This document shows positions 26,733 through 40,038 of a stretch of DNA of 64,000 nucleotides, piece after piece. The first letter of the stretch is position 1. Each line of letters begins with the position of its first letter. The notes beneath the pieces are model-generated. The model did not search any database and was not told the origin of the DNA. It worked only from the letters and a program-made list of their open reading frames with translations. This DNA comes from Octopus sinensis (taxonomy: Eukaryota): the NCBI RefSeq assembly GCF_006345805.1, contig NC_043004.1:41788001-41852000 (forward strand), read 5' to 3'. A program made the position numbers and the translations under genes.

Positions 26733-26792
26733 AGTAAAAGAGTATAATTATATTTATTCGACCCCGAATAAATATAATTATCCTCTTTTGCT
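26733..26792. repeat. 28-bp-arm hairpin with a 4-nt loop
   Basis: AGTAAAAGAGTATAATTATATTTATTCG-ACCC-CGAATAAATATAATTATCCTCTTTTGCT. Confidence 0.85.
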
Positions 26793-27089
26793 TTTCTTTT
26801 CTATGAATCTGCGGTGAAACAAAGGACCCACATTGCACTATAATGGAAAACGCTTCAAGTCTTCACGTCTGGTTTTTTGCAAGTATTATATTATGGAAGG
26901 TTCCTTCCCCTCGCAATATATTATAATAATACTTTTGTGAAAATCTGCTGTAAATACACACACACACACACACACACACACACCACACCACACACACACA
27001 CACACACACACACACACCACACACACACAAACACACAACACACACACACACACACACATATATATATGTGTGTGACCGCGTGTGTATCG

Positions 27090-27274
27090 TTGGCGATTTT
27101 CTTTCTCCGTCTTTCCTTCCTTGGACCTTTCCTTTTTCTATGTTTCTGACGAAGAGCTCCCCTCGAAACGTTAAATCTCCCTTCTTTCTTTCCTTTCCTG
27201 AGCGTCCAATAACACTATACTTGTTCCACGTCCTCGCGTTGTTGTGTTTTCTCTTTGTGTTTCCATGTTTGGAT

Positions 27275-27278
<4 letters not shown>
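27090..27278 (+). mobile_element. Second copy of the ~190-bp HHR element (HHR at 27142-27176)
   Basis: GTTT-CTGACGA-A-GAG(CTCCC)CTC-GAAACGTT-AAA, with palindromic AACGTT in stem III. Ends at (TA)n. Confidence 0.78.
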
Positions 27279-27317
<39 letters not shown>

Positions 27318-27503
27318 AATATATATATGTGGGTGGTGTGTGTGTGTGTTGGGTGTGTGTGTGTGTGCGTGTGTGCGTGTGTGTGTCTGTGTGTGTGTGT
27401 GTGGTGACCAGTAAATGCCACCACGGAAAATTCCACCACGATATATTTCACCATGGTAAATTTCATCATAGGTGAAATCCTCCTCCTCCTCCTCCTCTTC
27501 ATG

Positions 27504-27562
<59 letters not shown>

Positions 27563-27599
27563 TTTTCTTTTTCTTCTTATTATTATATGGGTTACGATA

Positions 27600-28310
27600 T
27601 TATGGAAATAAACAATGAATGCATAAAAAATAATTTTCAATAATGTCAATGAATATAAAAAATACGAGGGAGAAAAAATAATTAAGGTAATACGAGGAGA
27701 ATACTTTAAACACCTGGATGAGGAAGCACTATCTAAAAGAGACTCATTGAAGTTTATAAAACAAAGCAAATACTCAATGATGGATAAAAATATTATACAG
27801 TATTTACAAGACAGAAACAACTACCATGGATGAAAAAAGACATGCAGATATTGTAAAAAAAACAAAACAAAGGAAATATTGAACATATGGCAATGCAATG
27901 TGGAAAAGGAGTACACACGAAATATAAAGAGAGAGACAATGAGATAACCAAGGTAATCTTTGCGAACCTACTACAACAATATAACACATCAAAAACCCAG
28001 AATATCAGTAACGGGCAAATAGAAAAGGTAACAACTAGTGAAAATGTTAAGATTTTAGTAGACTGCCCAGTAATAAAACCAAATCATATGGGAAACAGCA
28101 AACTCGATATTGCAATATTTTTACCACGAAAGAAAAGAAACAGCAATAATCGAAATTGGAGTACCATCGACAAAAAACTGAACGAAGTCGAAATGACAAA
28201 ACTACAAAAGATTTGCGAAAGAAATTAAACAGATGAATGGTTATAAGGTTAAAATAATACAGTGTATAATGACTCGGGACGGAATGGTCTCAAAGAGGAA
28301 AAAATAAGAC
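27600..28310 (+). pseudogene. Dong/R4-clade non-LTR retrotransposon 3' fragment (CCHC knuckle + restriction-like endonuclease)
   Basis: TCRYCKK..GNIEHMAMQCGK..KYKERDNEI; VKILVDCPV...SKLDIAIF; IIEIGVP. Confidence 0.7.
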
Positions 28311-28344
28311 GAAATGTATATTTGGTGCAGTGTAGTCAACAAGA

Positions 28345-29330
28345 AGAGTGCCTAAGATTGAAAGAATAGGTGGTTAATCGAAAAATCACATGGAAAGAAC
28401 TTTGGGATTGGGAAAAATGAAGAACATCCTTCCTGATCAAGTCTACCTTCGACGTTTTGCTGGTAGAAATATAAACGGCTGATGAATGTAAATGCGGAGA
28501 GAAAGCGACGATGGGACATGTCCTGTCAAACTGCAGGCCGACACTGGACAGATATACATGGCACCACAATTAAGTCCTCGGTGTTATAAGCACAGCACTC
28601 AAGGAGAAGCTCGAGGAGAATACCAAAAAGTGGAAAAGCGCGGAAGGATATACTTCCAGAAGGCGAGAAAATGACATAAGACCAGGTCCAGAAAAGTATC
28701 CGAGACAGACGAAAGATGGAAAGGATACTGGGAGCTGGTCGCGGACTTGGAAAGACATGTAATATTCCCAATCATAATAACAACAAAAAGACTAGACTTA
28801 GTCCTTTGGAATACAGAAAGGAAAATTGGAATTTTGATAGAGTTGACAGTGCCGTGGAGAAGAGAACATCGCTAATGCAGAGCTACGGAAGGAGAGGAAG
28901 TATGAGAGACTAATAAAAGAGAGCAGGGAACAGGGGTGGCAGAGGGGGCGAGAGGCTTCATTGAAAGGAAAATGACAACGCTATTTAAAAGAAGGTTTGG
29001 ATTTTTGAGCACGGAGCTGAGATAACTAATAAGGAGGATATAGGAGGCAGTCGAAAAGGCCAGCTTCTATATATGGCTGAAACAAGAGGACTCAAAATGG
29101 CTCGAAAGCTATAACATGCCGACTGAGAAATAGCGTCGCCAGGTGAGGCTGGCCGACACTTAAACAGCGTTGCTACTTGACAGGTCAACCGAGGGAACAT
29201 ATCTTGTTCATTGCGTGCCCCTCTCACCGATGGTTCAAAGGTTTGACAGCTAGTCAGCTCCGTGCTCGAAAATCCAATTTTGTGATGAGTCTTTTTCATA
29301 GATTCCTACTCGATGGGAGTACATTAAAGC
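28345..29330 (+). pseudogene. Hero-like (RLE) non-LTR retrotransposon 3' fragment plus 3' UTR
   Basis: RKITWKELWDWEK*RTSFLIKSTFDVL; CKCGEKATMGHVLSNCRPTLDRYTWHHN*VL; ILIELTVPW; ENIANAELRKERKYETL. Confidence 0.75.
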
Positions 29331-29687
29331 GACCCCATCTCAATTCAAGTAGATTATAAAGATTATTTTCTATCTCACCTTCAGACACTTTCTCTCTCTC
29401 TTCTTAAAACTTGAGAGACAGACATATTAAATAACATAGGTATTGACCCACAGTATAAAGAAACTGATCACGGTGATTATTAGCGGGAGCAGGTTATATT
29501 GGAAGTCTGTCCATGGGTGGAATTTAATATGGTGGAATATACCGTGGTGAGATTTCCCTGTGGTGAAATTTAGCTGGTGGAATTTACCTAGAACTATATA
29601 TATATATATATATAAGAAATATTGAATTTCTAAATCTCTCGTAGAGATATGTACGGTGGTGGGGCAAACCATTCTATATATATATAT

Positions 29688-29750
<63 letters not shown>

Positions 29751-32631
29751 GTGTGTTGTGTGTGTGGTGTGGTGTGTGTGTGTGTGTGTGTGTATGTGTG
29801 TGTGTGTATGTATATATATTATATATGTATATGTATACGTTGTGAGATAGATACACACACACGCACACACCCGCACGCACACACACACATTATACATACC
29901 TAAATACATGAAAATATTGCAAAGAACTGTTCCTGAGTTTATATATACGTACACAACACTTTTCTCAACTATTCGTGAAACCTGTTGCTAAGGGCGATGT
30001 AAGTTTACAAGGAGAATGCAGGTTGTCCTCAATGGTTGGAAAATTACGCGCTTATTTTTAGCCGTAGATTAAATTTGACAGAGTATAAAGATGAAATACT
30101 TTCCAGCCACGACCTTCCCAACATTCAGTAAAATTACCTGGGTGACTGTATTAATCAATGTGTAATCGGTGCGTATGATCTGAGGGAAGTTTGTTCCCTT
30201 TCTGGCAGATCATTCGGTCATATTTAGACGCTGATTTTGACGCGGTAATAACTATGTAAGCTAGGTGCTGAAAAAGAGATATTATAAATAATATAAAATG
30301 TCGGCAAACGTGACAATAATTTGAAGAAATAGAAATAGACTGAGATCACGTTAGACCATAAAAAAAGGCAAGCAAAGAGAAAAAAATTATGTAATAGAAA
30401 AACCAAAAAGAAAAGCCATAACGTTTGAAAAATCGATATGAAGACATACAAAAACTAAATGGTAGAAAATATTAGGTAAACGGTGGAATATAGAAAAAAA
30501 TATTCTATGCTAGACTTCGTATTTTTCACTGGGTTACATATGCATAGAAAACAATTGAATAAGGCAAGAAAAATGTATTAACGAAACAACAGACTTCCGT
30601 TTAAGAAGAAAAGCAAGCAAGAATTGTGTTTTTATGTCACCTATAGATACTATTTCATTATTACTTACACGTTCATGCACCTGTAGTGCATGTATATACA
30701 TGCATACATACGTATGTATATACACATACATATGTTGTTGTGTGTGTAAGTGCATGTATATGTGTGAGCTCAGCCACAAGCCGTGCAAGTATGCACGTAT
30801 GTATATGCATGTGCAGATGTATATAAAATATAGCTAAAGTTAAATACGATAATTTATAGCTTTTTACACGCTTAATATATATATATGTATATATATATGT
30901 GTGTGTGTGCGTGTGTGGTTGCGTGTGTATGTGTGTGTGTATGTATATATCTACACACGCACACACAAGTATATATATATATGGGTATATCGAAAGACAA
31001 ATCTTTCTATATACAAATATACTACACATATAAATATATCTGTGTAGATTTGCACGCACACTCTCACACACTCACACATGGGCACACACACACACACACA
31101 CACGGGCACACACACAAACACACACACGTACACACACATGTTCATGTATAAAGAGGTATAGATATATTTGCCAAATAATATAGATATATAGTTATAGGTT
31201 TGTAGACTTATAGAATTTGCATTAGTTTTTCGAGCAAATCTTTTGTGGATTATACGCCATACTAGACCAAGCAACAAATCAAAAATTTCGAAACGCCTCT
31301 TACAGGTTTATAGCAGTTGCTAATGCTGGTTTTTCTAAAATTGTGTTGTTTATATTAGTATTATTTAAGTTATTTCTTACTAGTATTATTGTAGTTACCG
31401 GCTACGTTACATTGGGTGCTGTTGTTATTGCTTATTGTCTGTTTTTCAACAATGCAATTTTTATACACGAAATCATAAGAATTAGCTGAATGGATGGATG
31501 TGGCCTGGCTATATGTAGTTAATGCGCGTGTTTGCATTTCTATATGTTTGCGTTTGTGATTGTATATGTATGCCTTTGTTTTCCCATGTGTACGGATGTG
31601 TGTGTTAGTGGCATGTATTGAGATACTTGTGTGTATGTATCTGTTTGTTTATGCTTGTTAATTTGTGCATTTAAACATTAGATGTGCATATTAACCGTGA
31701 AAAATATTTTGTTATGAAGAAGAGAGAAAGAAAAATAGAGACAGATGTATGTGTACATACATGCATATATATATGCATATTATATATATATATATACATA
31801 TTATATATATATATATAATATATTCATATTATAATATATAATATATGTATAATATGTACATATTATATATATATATATATATATCATATATATATATATT
31901 CATAAATGAGGGTGATATACTCACACATGCATATACGCACACATAGACACATACGTGCACACGCGCATACACACTCACATAGACACATCCGTTCATTTTA
32001 AAAAAGTAGAGAAAAACACTCCATACTATGTTGGACGTGATATTTAATTTGTCTAGTCCATTTGATTTTGGATTTTGGAAATTTTGCATTTGGGTTCATT
32101 CACCGGTTATCGCGACATTCACTTGGGTGCATAGTCTTCTCAACAACAGGAACACAAGTACATGATATTGAACTTAGTGCAGAAATCTAGGTAGTGTTTG
32201 TGTATTCGTGGGAAATCATGCAAAACCATTGCGGTAGCTGAAAGGAGTAGTGACCAGTAGACATTTGAATTATTGACTACTCCGAAAGGGCTGGTAAATT
32301 TTCAAGCGCCTAGCGATGTACTAGGGAGTTATTCTTTTCAGAGATACAAGTCAGAGATGCTATCTTTATAGGTAATAACGTGCTTGCAAAAGCCAGCCAA
32401 TTTTAAGCTTCTGTCTTCGTGCCGTTCATCGTTCAATTCATCGTCGAATAATGGGGAGGGGTCGATTTATGCACGTGGCATGATTCATCTGAATGAAAAA
32501 GACCAAATATTGGGGTAAAACCCACTTTTAGGGACAACTAGATAAACCGAAATATGTTAACTATGTATGTAAGTATGTATGTATGTATGTATGTATGTAT
32601 GTATGTATGTATGTACGTATCTATATATATC

Positions 32632-32666
<35 letters not shown>

Positions 32667-32934
32667 TTATCTATCTGTTGGTGCATATAATTATAACACG
32701 GTATTTTAATTTCACATTGTTTATACATTCCAGTCGCTGTGCGACGTTTGAAAGTCTGAAGATCACTGCTCATACATACACACACGCACAGCTATCTTCA
32801 TCATAAAAGTCTCCGTTAACATCATTTCCTCCAGTAATCCTAATAATTATCGGTTCTGCCTGCAGCATTTTAAATTAAATAAATGATACACAACGCATAC
32901 ATCACCACGAACTGAGATAACACAGACCGGTCTA

Positions 32935-33172
32935 CAGTAATCCCTCGACTATCGCGAGTGTTACGATCCAGAACATCCCGTGATAGGTGAAAATCCATAG
33001 AAGAGTAGAAACAGTACTGTACTGTATATATTCATATTATTTTTATAACTGGTATATATTTATTTTATTATAAATGCAAAACATCACCCCAGATGATTCG
33101 ACATAAGCTTAAATAACAAACCGTGATAGGTGAACCATGATAGGTGAACCGCGATATGGTTAGAAATTACTG
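32935..33172. mobile_element. Tigger/Tc-mariner-type MITE
   Basis: TA|CAGTAATCCCTCGACTATCGCG ... CGCGATATGGTTAGAAATTACTG|TA. Confidence 0.8.
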
Positions 33173-33237
33173 TACACCAGCAATCCACAAATAATGTAGG
33201 TATATATTCATCTATTTCATATATATATATATATATA

Positions 33238-33274
<37 letters not shown>

Positions 33275-33424
33275 ATAAGACTGACGTCTCATTTTAACAG
33301 ATATATTTACCAAAATTACATAAAATATCTTGAAATGCTAAAGAGTAAATTTGTTCAACAAAATTGCAATTGGCTTCAACCACGGCCTCCTTTTTTAAGT
33401 TGGTGAATGCTACCTAAAGCTTTT

Positions 33425-33772
33425 CTTCAGGACTTTCAAACAGGTCAAATTGTTGGTGCTCGTATGACAGGCGCTAGCGTAACAAAAACAGCCGAAATGT
33501 TCGGTCTACCAAGAAGTACTGTCTCGAAAGTAATGACAGCCTTTGAGAAACAAAACCTCGGAAGAAACCAAAACTATCAGATAGGGACCGTCATACACTT
33601 ACGCGAATTGTTAGAAAGGATCGCAAACGTACAGCTCCCAGGATTACTGCAGAGCTTAATAACCACCTCGAGAACCCTGTTTCCACAAAAACTGCTCGCC
33701 AAGAGCTGCACAAAGCCGGATTTCACGGGAGAGATGCAATCAGAAAACCACTAATTTCAAAAACAAACGTTA
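33425..33772 (+). pseudogene. Tc1 transposase N-terminal (paired-like HTH) fragment, truncated at the assembly gap
   Basis: DFQTGQIVGARMTGASVTKTAEMFGLPRSTVSKV, then after a frameshift GRKPKLSDRDRHTLTRIVRKDRKRTAPRITAELN...VSTKTARQELHKAGFHGR.AIRKPLIS. Confidence 0.9.
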
Positions 33773-33872
33773 NNNNNNNNNNNNNNNNNNNNNNNNNNNN
33801 NNNNNNNNNNNNNNNNNNNNNNNNNNNNNNNNNNNNNNNNNNNNNNNNNNNNNNNNNNNNNNNNNNNNNNNN
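33773..33872. other. Assembly gap (100 N)
   Basis: Run of N. Confidence 1.
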
Positions 33873-35123
33873 CATATATATATATATATGTATGTTGCAT
33901 GCATACACACACAAACACTTATGTGTGTGTCTGTCTGTCTGACTGTTTGTCCTTGTCAGTGTTTCGTGCTCACTCTGATTTCACAGCTTTCATTCCATTC
34001 TATTTGTCTGTCTGTCTGTCTCTATCTCTGTCTCTCTCTGTCTCCCTCTATCTTTAATATGCATGCCTACTTTTTGCATCACCTCTTTTTCTCTTTAACT
34101 CATCTATTCTCTGTTTTTCATTATATCTCCCTATACCTTTCTTTCTTTCTTTCTTTCTTTCTCTCTCTCTCTCTCTCACTCTTTCTCTCTCTCTGCCGTC
34201 GACATTTTCCATCCATATATTTCTTGTCACTTTCGTTCTTTACTGATTTTCTTCTGAATTTGCGCATCATTCACTCCCCCCCCTCGTACATGAGACACAT
34301 TGCGCCACCCTCCTTATCTTCTTTCTGCTTTATCAACCTCACCTTCACTTTTTTTCCTCACTAATACATTACATCTTACGCTCTTCTTTGTATTTCTCCC
34401 TCAATTTCTAATTCACTCCCTCGCTATCCCATTTTCTCTATAACATTCACATACACAAACGCTCGCGCTCACACACACATACACACGCACACCACATTCA
34501 CATTCACACACATACATACACACATATATTTATATATAATTGTTTCTAGCTCCTTATGACTCAGTCATTCTCTGTCAAACTTTCGTTGTCTCTTTTCTCA
34601 GTTTCCCTCATGATGGCGTTTCGTCTTTAATCTTTTTAATTCCTTCCATTACTTTGTGAGATTCTCACTTTCTGATTATTTATTCTTCCTTACTTTCTTC
34701 TTCCCTTTATGCCATTCTCTCTCACTATCTATTTTACTCACGTGTTCATACGTTAATTCCTTAATCTCTTCTATACACATGCGCACGCACAAAGATACAA
34801 CCTCTCCCCAATATTCTCTTGTCCTTTCTCTTTTCTGTCCTCATTTCAATCGTTTCTCCCTTCTGCTTCTTTTTCTTTCTCTCCTCCGTGTCACCTCTCA
34901 CAAATGCCCTTTACTTCTTCCTAATTTCTCTGATTGTTCCTACTACAGCCTCAGTCACTTCTGATTCACGATAGTTCAATAATATTACACTTATTTACAG
35001 CTTTTAATTTTCCCCCATTCAATTCTCTGCCAGACTGTCCTTATCTGCTCGTTCATCTCTCTCTGTCTCTTTCTCTCTCTCTCTTTCTATCTTTTAAATT
35101 CGGATGTATGAACTATTGACGTA

Positions 35124-35194
<71 letters not shown>

Positions 35195-35366
35195 AATATA
35201 TATATACTTATACATAGACTATATATATACTATATATATATACATACATGCAAACACATATAATATATATATGCATTCATAACGTCTCTCTCTCTCTTTC
35301 TCTCTCTCTATATATATATCTATACATACATACATATACATATTTGTGTATGTGTGTGTGTGTATA

Positions 35367-36045
35367 ACGTCAATAGTTCATACATCCGAAAAACAAGTAA
35401 CTTGCAAAATAGTAGTCCAGTAATATACTTAAGAAATTATATCTTATGGCCGTTCATAGAGTGGCCTTTGGTTTCGCACCTATAAAGTGACTCGTCAGGC
35501 TCAAATTGCCGAAGGAAGAAATATGTAGCATTCAGTCAGTTTTGTAAACAAAGAATATTTATCCGTGCGTAGAGCGCTGCAGCCGGGACGGAGATATTAC
35601 CCTTACTTCGGTTCCGGCCGTGGTGATATTCGACGGAGCTGCAGTGTGCCTGTTCAAAGAATGGGGGATTGCAAGATTGTAGGTGAGGGCATTAACTAAA
35701 TACTTCTTTCCTAGAGTTTAAAAAAAGTCCCCGTGTCGAACGAGATAGTTTTAGGCTTCTTGCCCTCTCTACTAAGCAAAGCTTACATCGTTTGCTCCCT
35801 TTTATATGTCTCCGGTTTTTCAAAAAGATCCCATTTAATTATGTATGGGGTTCCTCCCTCTTTCAAGCGCCATAAGTAACTGGCAAGAGGTATGGGAGCG
35901 TGGTTGAACCGACATATTTTCAAGTCTGTGCATTGGATGCGCTACAACGGCTGATGTTTCTTTCGTTAGCTACGGGTCTGATGTAATTGTTGTTACTGCA
36001 GTCACTGCCGGGCCTGATATTCCTGGACGTAATTCTGGCGGCCTT
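35367..36045 (-). mobile_element. Penelope-like element 3' end: GIY-YIG endonuclease remnant plus 3' UTR with HHR
   Basis: KYVGSTT; SLASYLWRLKE; IKWDLLK; GSKRCKLCLVERA; FLNSRKEVFS*CPH; followed by a hammerhead motif. Confidence 0.85.
35458..35502 (-). ncRNA. Hammerhead ribozyme motif (partly mutated)
   Basis: Minus strand: GAGC-CTGACGA-GTCAC(TTTATAG)GTGC-GAAACC(AAA)GGCC-ACTC. The cleavage triplet appears mutated from GTC to GCC. Confidence 0.7.
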
Positions 36046-36771
36046 GAGAGACAGAAAGAGAGAGTGAGTTAGAGAGAGAGAGAGAGAGAAAGATATATAT
36101 ATATATATATAAAGAGAGAAAGAGATAGATAGATAGATAGAGAGAGAGAGAGGGGGAGAGGGAGGGAGCGAGAGATTACGTATGTTTATAATAGCCATAT
36201 ACTGAATGTCGTGATGTCAAATGATGACAGTATCTCCTTCACATTGTTTATTTTATGGCTTCAAGCGACTTCGGTTCTCTTCATCACAATTCTGTATATA
36301 TCTTTATATGTATATTCCACCTCTGATCATTTCTTCCTCTTTACATACAGTCAAATATTCATCAACTTACAACACAAAGTCTTTTACATTACATAAGGCA
36401 AAAACAAAACAAAACAAAAAAAAACAATATGCCCTTAGCTTGTTTAAAGTTGTGCTCAATAAAACTTCTGTTTCATTATAACAAAATATATTGCGGTGGT
36501 TATCGTGAGAGAAACCCTTCCATTGGCTTTTGGTGCAAAATGCATTCTTGTTTATATCGATAGCGGGGAGATAAATCCCTGTCATCTCTAACGCCCAGAC
36601 CACCAGCTCACGCGATTTACGCGGCTCTTGGTCTTGTCAATGACGGACGCTTGTCTACTAGAGATAGCAGCGAATCATCTCCGCTAGCGACATATATGAT
36701 AACAGTGCCAATTTTAACAGAAAATCCACGTTTATTTGGAGATAAATATTACCTCACGATTTTAATTCTGC

Positions 36772-37146
36772 GTTGTTAACAGGCCGGGCGCGGCATTTCG
36801 TCCGTCCTTACATTCTGAGTTCAATTTCCGCCGAGGTCGATTTTGCCTTTCATCCCTTTCGGGGGTCGATAGAATAAGTACCAGTTGATCGTTGGCGCCG
36901 ATGTAATCGACTTGAACCCTTCTCTAGAACTGTTGGCCTCATGCCAACATTTGAAACCAATATTAATCCTGCCTCTATCGCTAATAAATATTTTTTAACA
37001 AACCGCTGTGTGTATCGCTGTCACTTTCACTGCTTCTACTCACCATTCTCCATTGTTGTTTGTACATATGAATATATATATATACATATATATAAATACA
37101 CACACATACGCACACACACACACACACATACACACACACACACACA

Positions 37147-37191
<45 letters not shown>

Positions 37192-37567
37192 TATAAATAT
37201 ATACATACACACACATTGACATGCACATATATATATATACATGCGTATACGTGTGCGTGTGTGCATATGTGTGTTGTTAACAGGCCGGGCGAAAAGCTTT
37301 GCGACATTTCGTACGTCCTTATATTCTGAGTTCAAATTCCGCCGAGGTCGATTTTTGCCTTTCATCCCTTTCGGGGGTCGATAGAATAAGTACCAGTTGA
37401 TCGTTGGCGCCGATGTAATCCACTTGAACCCTTCTCTAGAATTGTTGGCCTTATGCCAACGTTTGAAACCGATTTTAATCCTGCCTCTATCGCTAATAAA
37501 TATATTTTTTTAACAAACCGCTGTTTGTATTGCTGCCTCTTTCACTGCTTCTACTTACCATTCTTCA
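36772..37567 (+). repeat. Local direct duplication (~290 bp; Meta-like SINE plus unique 3' flank) split by a microsatellite
   Basis: 36772-~37052 matches 37273-~37567, including non-SINE flank TTAATCCTGCCTCTATCGCTAATAAATA...CACTGCTTCTACT. Confidence 0.9.
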
Positions 37568-38514
37568 ATGTCATTTACATTGCTACTGCTATTACTACTA
37601 CTGTCGTTTACCATTCGACCGCCCGCATGTTAAGCATTGTCCCTTACTGCTTTCACCACTGCCATTTACCGTTCTCCACTATTGCCACTGCGACAGTCCA
37701 CCATATTCCGTTTAATGGCTATTTTGTTCTTTTCTTTTTGTTTGGCAATGGATAAATGGATAAATTCTAAAGGCGATGGGGAAACCGAAATAACTGGAAT
37801 CGATTGCTGACTTTTTGCTTCCGGTTATGGGTCTGGTTGTGGGTCTTGGTGGTTCTGGCAAGCATCACTGAATACGTTCATTAGTAAATCAAAAGATGAC
37901 TTTGTCAATTAAGATCGACCGTTTCTGGTAGCGAGGCCAAACATTCTGACTTCATTTGGAAGCATACAAACGATCAAAACAACATCATTAAATGACTACT
38001 AATAGGAGAATGGCGGCAGTAACAGGAGCGGCGATGGCCAACCTCCCCATGAGGAGTGAATGAAACAGTGAAGATTAGGGAAGGGCGATTAATTTCTCCC
38101 GGAAAGCTGGTCGGTTGGTTGGGTGGTTGGCTGGTTGGTATTAAGGGTAGAGAATTTTCATTTCAACGATTAGATGGAAAGCTTTTTTTTTATGTTTAGC
38201 GCATGGTTAGTTTGTTATTATTGTAACTGTAGTAGCAGCAGTAGAAGTGCATAAAAATGACTCTAGCAAGTAAGTACGTAAATAAATGAATAAATAAATA
38301 AAACCTAGTGTCATTTTTATCGATGTGAAGTAATAAAAAAAGATTTATAATGAAGGAATTGTGTACCGCCATTGTGTGTCTTCTTTTAGAACGCAATATA
38401 TAACATATATTATATAACAGTGATCTTATATATCTTTATATATAACACCACTTTAGGGAACAATCTGAAATATTTGAGAGGAAACTATTGAAAACAGAAA
38501 TTATATTACAGGAC

Positions 38515-39650
38515 TGAAGTTGTGTTTCAGCCACCAAGTGTAGTTACAATAGCATCAGCTATACATATAATAAGCTGGCTGCATAAATTTTTGCCCCTTG
38601 CGTCATTTTGTTATACACAGTCGTTTGAATAGTCACAGTTGGTACAAGGATAACTAAGCGTTGATGGGTACAATGGTACTTTCAGGTTGCAGATGATGTA
38701 AATTTATGTTTGAGCTTTTTTTTAGATTTCCCTTTGTTCTTTGTGTATCTGATAGAAAGAAGTAGTCAACTCCGTAATTTAGGTGGAAGGTGCATAGTTT
38801 CCGTTTTGTATCCCCTATCTTTGTGAATTCCAGATGGGTGATTTACGGGAAGTGTTTGATAAGGGCGTTTGTTTGGTGTTGCAATTTATGCATTTTTATT
38901 TGAGATTGTTGTTGTATACGGAAGATGTGGCCGTTGTTGTTATTGCTGCTAATTATTCTGTATAGAGCTTTCCTGTCAGTTCTTTGATTTATGCTTGTCA
39001 GTTTCTGATTTTTGCATATCTCTTCTTCGCCTGTTATTTATTTAGTAGTTTGATGCGAAGTTTTATTTCTATAATATGCAGTTTTGCTATTTTATGTTTA
39101 AAGTTGTCTCTAGTTTTTCTTTTTATGAGGTTGGCAATATCTCGTATGTAATTGGGGTAGCGTTTTTTTATGTTGTTCTCTGGGATGCGTTTTATAGATG
39201 CATCTATAATTACTTTGAATTTATGTATTGCAATGATTTTGGCGGTGATCTGGTTGTTGCTGAATTCTGAAAACTTAGATTCTGTTTCTTCGTGGAGCTA
39301 GTTCTAGTTTGCATTCCCCAAGTAGATGTAGATAATCAGTGAAAAGTTGGAGAGTTGTTTGCCAACTTTTTGTCGCTGCTAGTTCTCAGGAGTAATATGT
39401 AATGTCGTAGGGAGAATTCTGGTCGTTGATTGGTGTGGATCTACATGTAACTCATTGTGATGACGGGGTGGGCTTACATGTAATTAATTGTGTAACTAAT
39501 TGTGATGATGCACTACTCTTTTAGCATTCGAAAGGCAGTTGCTTCATTCTGAAGTATGTCAAGAAGCTAAAGTTTTAGATTATGCAGTATAATCTGGTGA
39601 ACGGTTGATTTGCTCTGTTGTATGTATATAAATTTAATATATTGTGTTGT
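38515..39650 (-). pseudogene. Heavily decayed Penelope-like element (linker/GIY-YIG) with a possible degenerate HHR at 38515-38562
   Basis: Minus-strand fragments LP..YIRDIANLIKKK, KCINCNTK and IGDTKRKL; CTGATG-CTATTG...TGGTGGCT-GAAAC downstream. Confidence 0.5.
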
Positions 39651-39957
39651 TGAGTTTACTCATATATATATATATATAGGGACTTATCTAGCGAACTCAA
39701 ATAGCGTTATTTATTACAATTAATGACACCGGATAATACTACTAGATATAACTCTTTCGGCTAACACCGCCGGTCAACTAATCATTTTCCCTACTTACTG
39801 GTCCATTCATCTAATTGAAGAAATGTGCACACACGTGTAACCTTTAAAGGATACAAAAATGTAAGCCTAAAGACTTAACGAACTTTTTTTCCATTTTTTC
39901 CTTTTTCTTTTCCTTTCTCCTTTTTCTCCTGTCGATATTTCTCTGATAAACTCTAAA

Positions 39958-40038
39958 TCATTCTGACGATGTTTGTTACGTGGAATAAGATAAATGCAAA
40001 TTTACCTAAAAAATAACAAACTGAAACAGCTGTAAATG
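39958..40038 (+). ncRNA. Hammerhead ribozyme with an extended stem II
   Basis: CATT-CTGACGA-T-GTTTGTTA(35 nt)TAACAAAC-T-GAAACAGCTGTA-AATG. Stem I CATT/AATG, palindromic stem III ACAGCTGT, GUA cleavage triplet. Lies ~50 bp from the 3' end of a ~410-bp unit (39679-40088) flanked by (TA)n. Confidence 0.8.

Larger units (their letters stand above)
27403..29594. mobile_element. Probable foldback/Mutator-like DNA element defined by inverted arrays of 15-bp subrepeats, with LINE fragments nested inside
   Basis: GGWAAATTCCACCAC-like 15-mers at 27403-27480 (plus) and in inverse orientation at 29510-29594. Confidence 0.55.
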
